Shown here: positions 62,233 to 64,000 of the stretch, one piece after another
Layout: every line of letters starts with the position of its first letter
Position numbering within the stretch: position 1 is the stretch's first letter
Assembly: GCA_002104905.1 (NCBI GenBank)
Contig: MCFE01000500.1
Location: forward strand, 1,999-65,998
DNA length: 64,000 bases
Source of the DNA: Basidiobolus meristosporus CBS 931.73
Taxonomy: Eukaryota; Fungi; Basidiobolomycota
Direction: 5' to 3'
Translations under genes and position numbers: made by a program
The notes under the pieces: generated by a model
The model's database searches: none
What the model was told of the DNA's origin: nothing
Seen by the model: only the letters and a program-made list of their open reading frames with translations

Positions 62233-64000
62233 AGACTTGTTCCATTGTACCATGCCAGGGCATGTGGCACAATCTGCGGTTGTAAAGAACAATTGGCGCA
62301 ATATTATAGCTACCAGAAGGCAGGATTGTTCTTAGACAATTTTGCACTATGCAAGACAATCTTGCACACTATGGCACAATCTGACACAATGAGGTTGGCA
62401 CGGATGCTTGTGCCAACTCGTAATGTTTGCATCATGTGCGCAATCAGATACCGCTATTATGGCAGGTAAAATCTGGTATTTGGATATGTTTCTTTAATGT
62501 AAATGGAAATAAATGTGTATCACACTATAAACTTCACTGATACTTACCATTTTGGTTACCCTCACTCCAATTGGATGGTATCTCAGTGGTTAATTGGTCC
62601 AAAAGTATCCTGAAGCTGGCAGCCCCCAATTCGCTCATTGACTACTAAAAAAGCTACCTGATCTGCCTTTAAATATCCCATTTTGCCCATTGAGCAAGTA
62701 AATCCCTGATCCTAGCAATTGGACAAGGTGTCATAGCTAGCACGCACGCAATTGTGTAGGTGCAAAACAGATCCAATAGCTGCACTGGTATTACAGATGA
62801 CGTATATATATGCAGGGTGTTTATTTATAGGGGTTCTGTCTCAAATGTGAGACAACCTTGATATTACTAATATCAAAAATTTGATGATCACTGATTTGCA
62901 ATGGCTTGATTTGGATTGCAAAAAAAATGGGTTGTTGGGATCATTATGAATCTGAGCAATTCAAAGCAGTTGCATCATCTTCTCCTGGGTTTTTTTTGCA
63001 CAGGGATTACTACTGAAGCATTTGGTAGTGACTCACTTTGTACACCTATACCACTTGCTGGCTGACTATCATCTTGGCTACTTGTGTATTTGTAGTCAGT
63101 ATTTTGCCTCCTAGTTGATGAGTGCAATGCTGAAGCTTGGCCGCGCTGAATTGCTCCAACTGAACCGGCCTGTAGTGCCACATGCTGACGTGTTCTTTTA
63201 CTTGCCAAGGGCTCCAGTGGTTGAGGCACTTCATGTTGGTCATCATCAGTCAGTTCACCAGAAGTAACTTGCTGATGGTCAGGCAAAACAGCACACGCAG
63301 GCGCGCCTTTACGCGTTGAGATGGCCCTTGGCTGAGTTTGATGTGATGCTGCATGTTGACGCAACTTGGTCTGCTCCAATTGACTTGTGTCTAAATGATC
63401 AGTTTGGCAAGTTCTTGTAGTTTTGCTCTGAAGCGCACGCGTTGACTCAATGCAGGGTGTTCTGGTAAAGGGTGTTGGTGTGGTCTGGACTGACGTGCAC
63501 CAGCGCGCTGTGGTTGCAAGAGATGGTAGGGAATCCAGCAAGGCGTGCTGGCGCAATCTGGACAATATTGCTTGCGGTCTATATTCTTCCTTCTGAAGCT
63601 CACCATCTGATTCCTCAAGGTATTCACTTACCCTCTGTCTGATACTTTGGAGCTGTTGCCTGGATGAGTCCTGTGTATATTGCTCTTGGAAGCCACTTAG
63701 CTCTACTAATATATCACATAGTACATTAGTCATTTGAGGCAAAAACTCATTCAAAATCTCTTTGGTTCCCAAAGTTGAGGCACAAATGGATGTGTTTGGC
63801 CCATACTGTGCAAATTGCGCGCAAAATTGTTCCTGTGTGGCTTCTTTGTCAAATCCCCTCACTCTCAGCTCATTCTTGATTTCAATACTTGTCTTGTTAT
63901 ATATCTTTTTACATACATTGGCTGGCATCTTGATGTAGAACTCATGCCACAGCTTTCTACTCAAATTCTTCCATCTTTGTCGACTCTCTGAGGTATCTAG
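62233..64000. mobile_element. Second PHIS (Pangu-like) element, left part; accessory ORF 62975 to beyond 64000 (-) is uninterrupted within the window
   Basis: aat|AGACTTGTTCCATTGTACCATGCC, colinear with 37451-39240. Confidence 0.92.

Overview
Eukaryotic, fungal-type DNA with short GT-AG introns; the species cannot be determined from the window. Positions ~1-6,400 are GC-rich, CpG-rich and gene-dense: the 5' part of ribosomal protein RPL37 (-), a 7-exon SUT/SLC45-type sugar:H+ symporter (+), an intronless NAD-dependent L-lactate dehydrogenase with an N-terminus resembling a mitochondrial presequence (+), and an unknown multi-exon membrane protein (-). From ~6.5 kb to the end the window is an AT-rich, CpG-depleted block of nested, mostly dead transposons. 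These comprise about 8 copies or fragments of a CACTA/EnSpm-type DNA transposon with CCCTA termini and a divergent accessory gene, a Ty3/Gypsy family with ~365-bp LTRs, Copia remnants, long solo LTRs, and a PIF/Harbinger-superfamily (PHIS) system. The PHIS system has a 3,390-bp two-ORF element (37451-40840), a second copy at 62233 that runs off the window, and five ~733-bp fold-back MITEs, all flanked by 3-bp A-N-T target duplications. Highlights: the MITE arms share copy-specific variants within each copy, implying hairpin-driven homogenisation that in one case reached the TSD; a six-level nested insertion series can be read from TSDs (26.9-45.7 kb); and an apparent ectopic conversion tract copied an EnSpm terminus from one Gypsy element into another.
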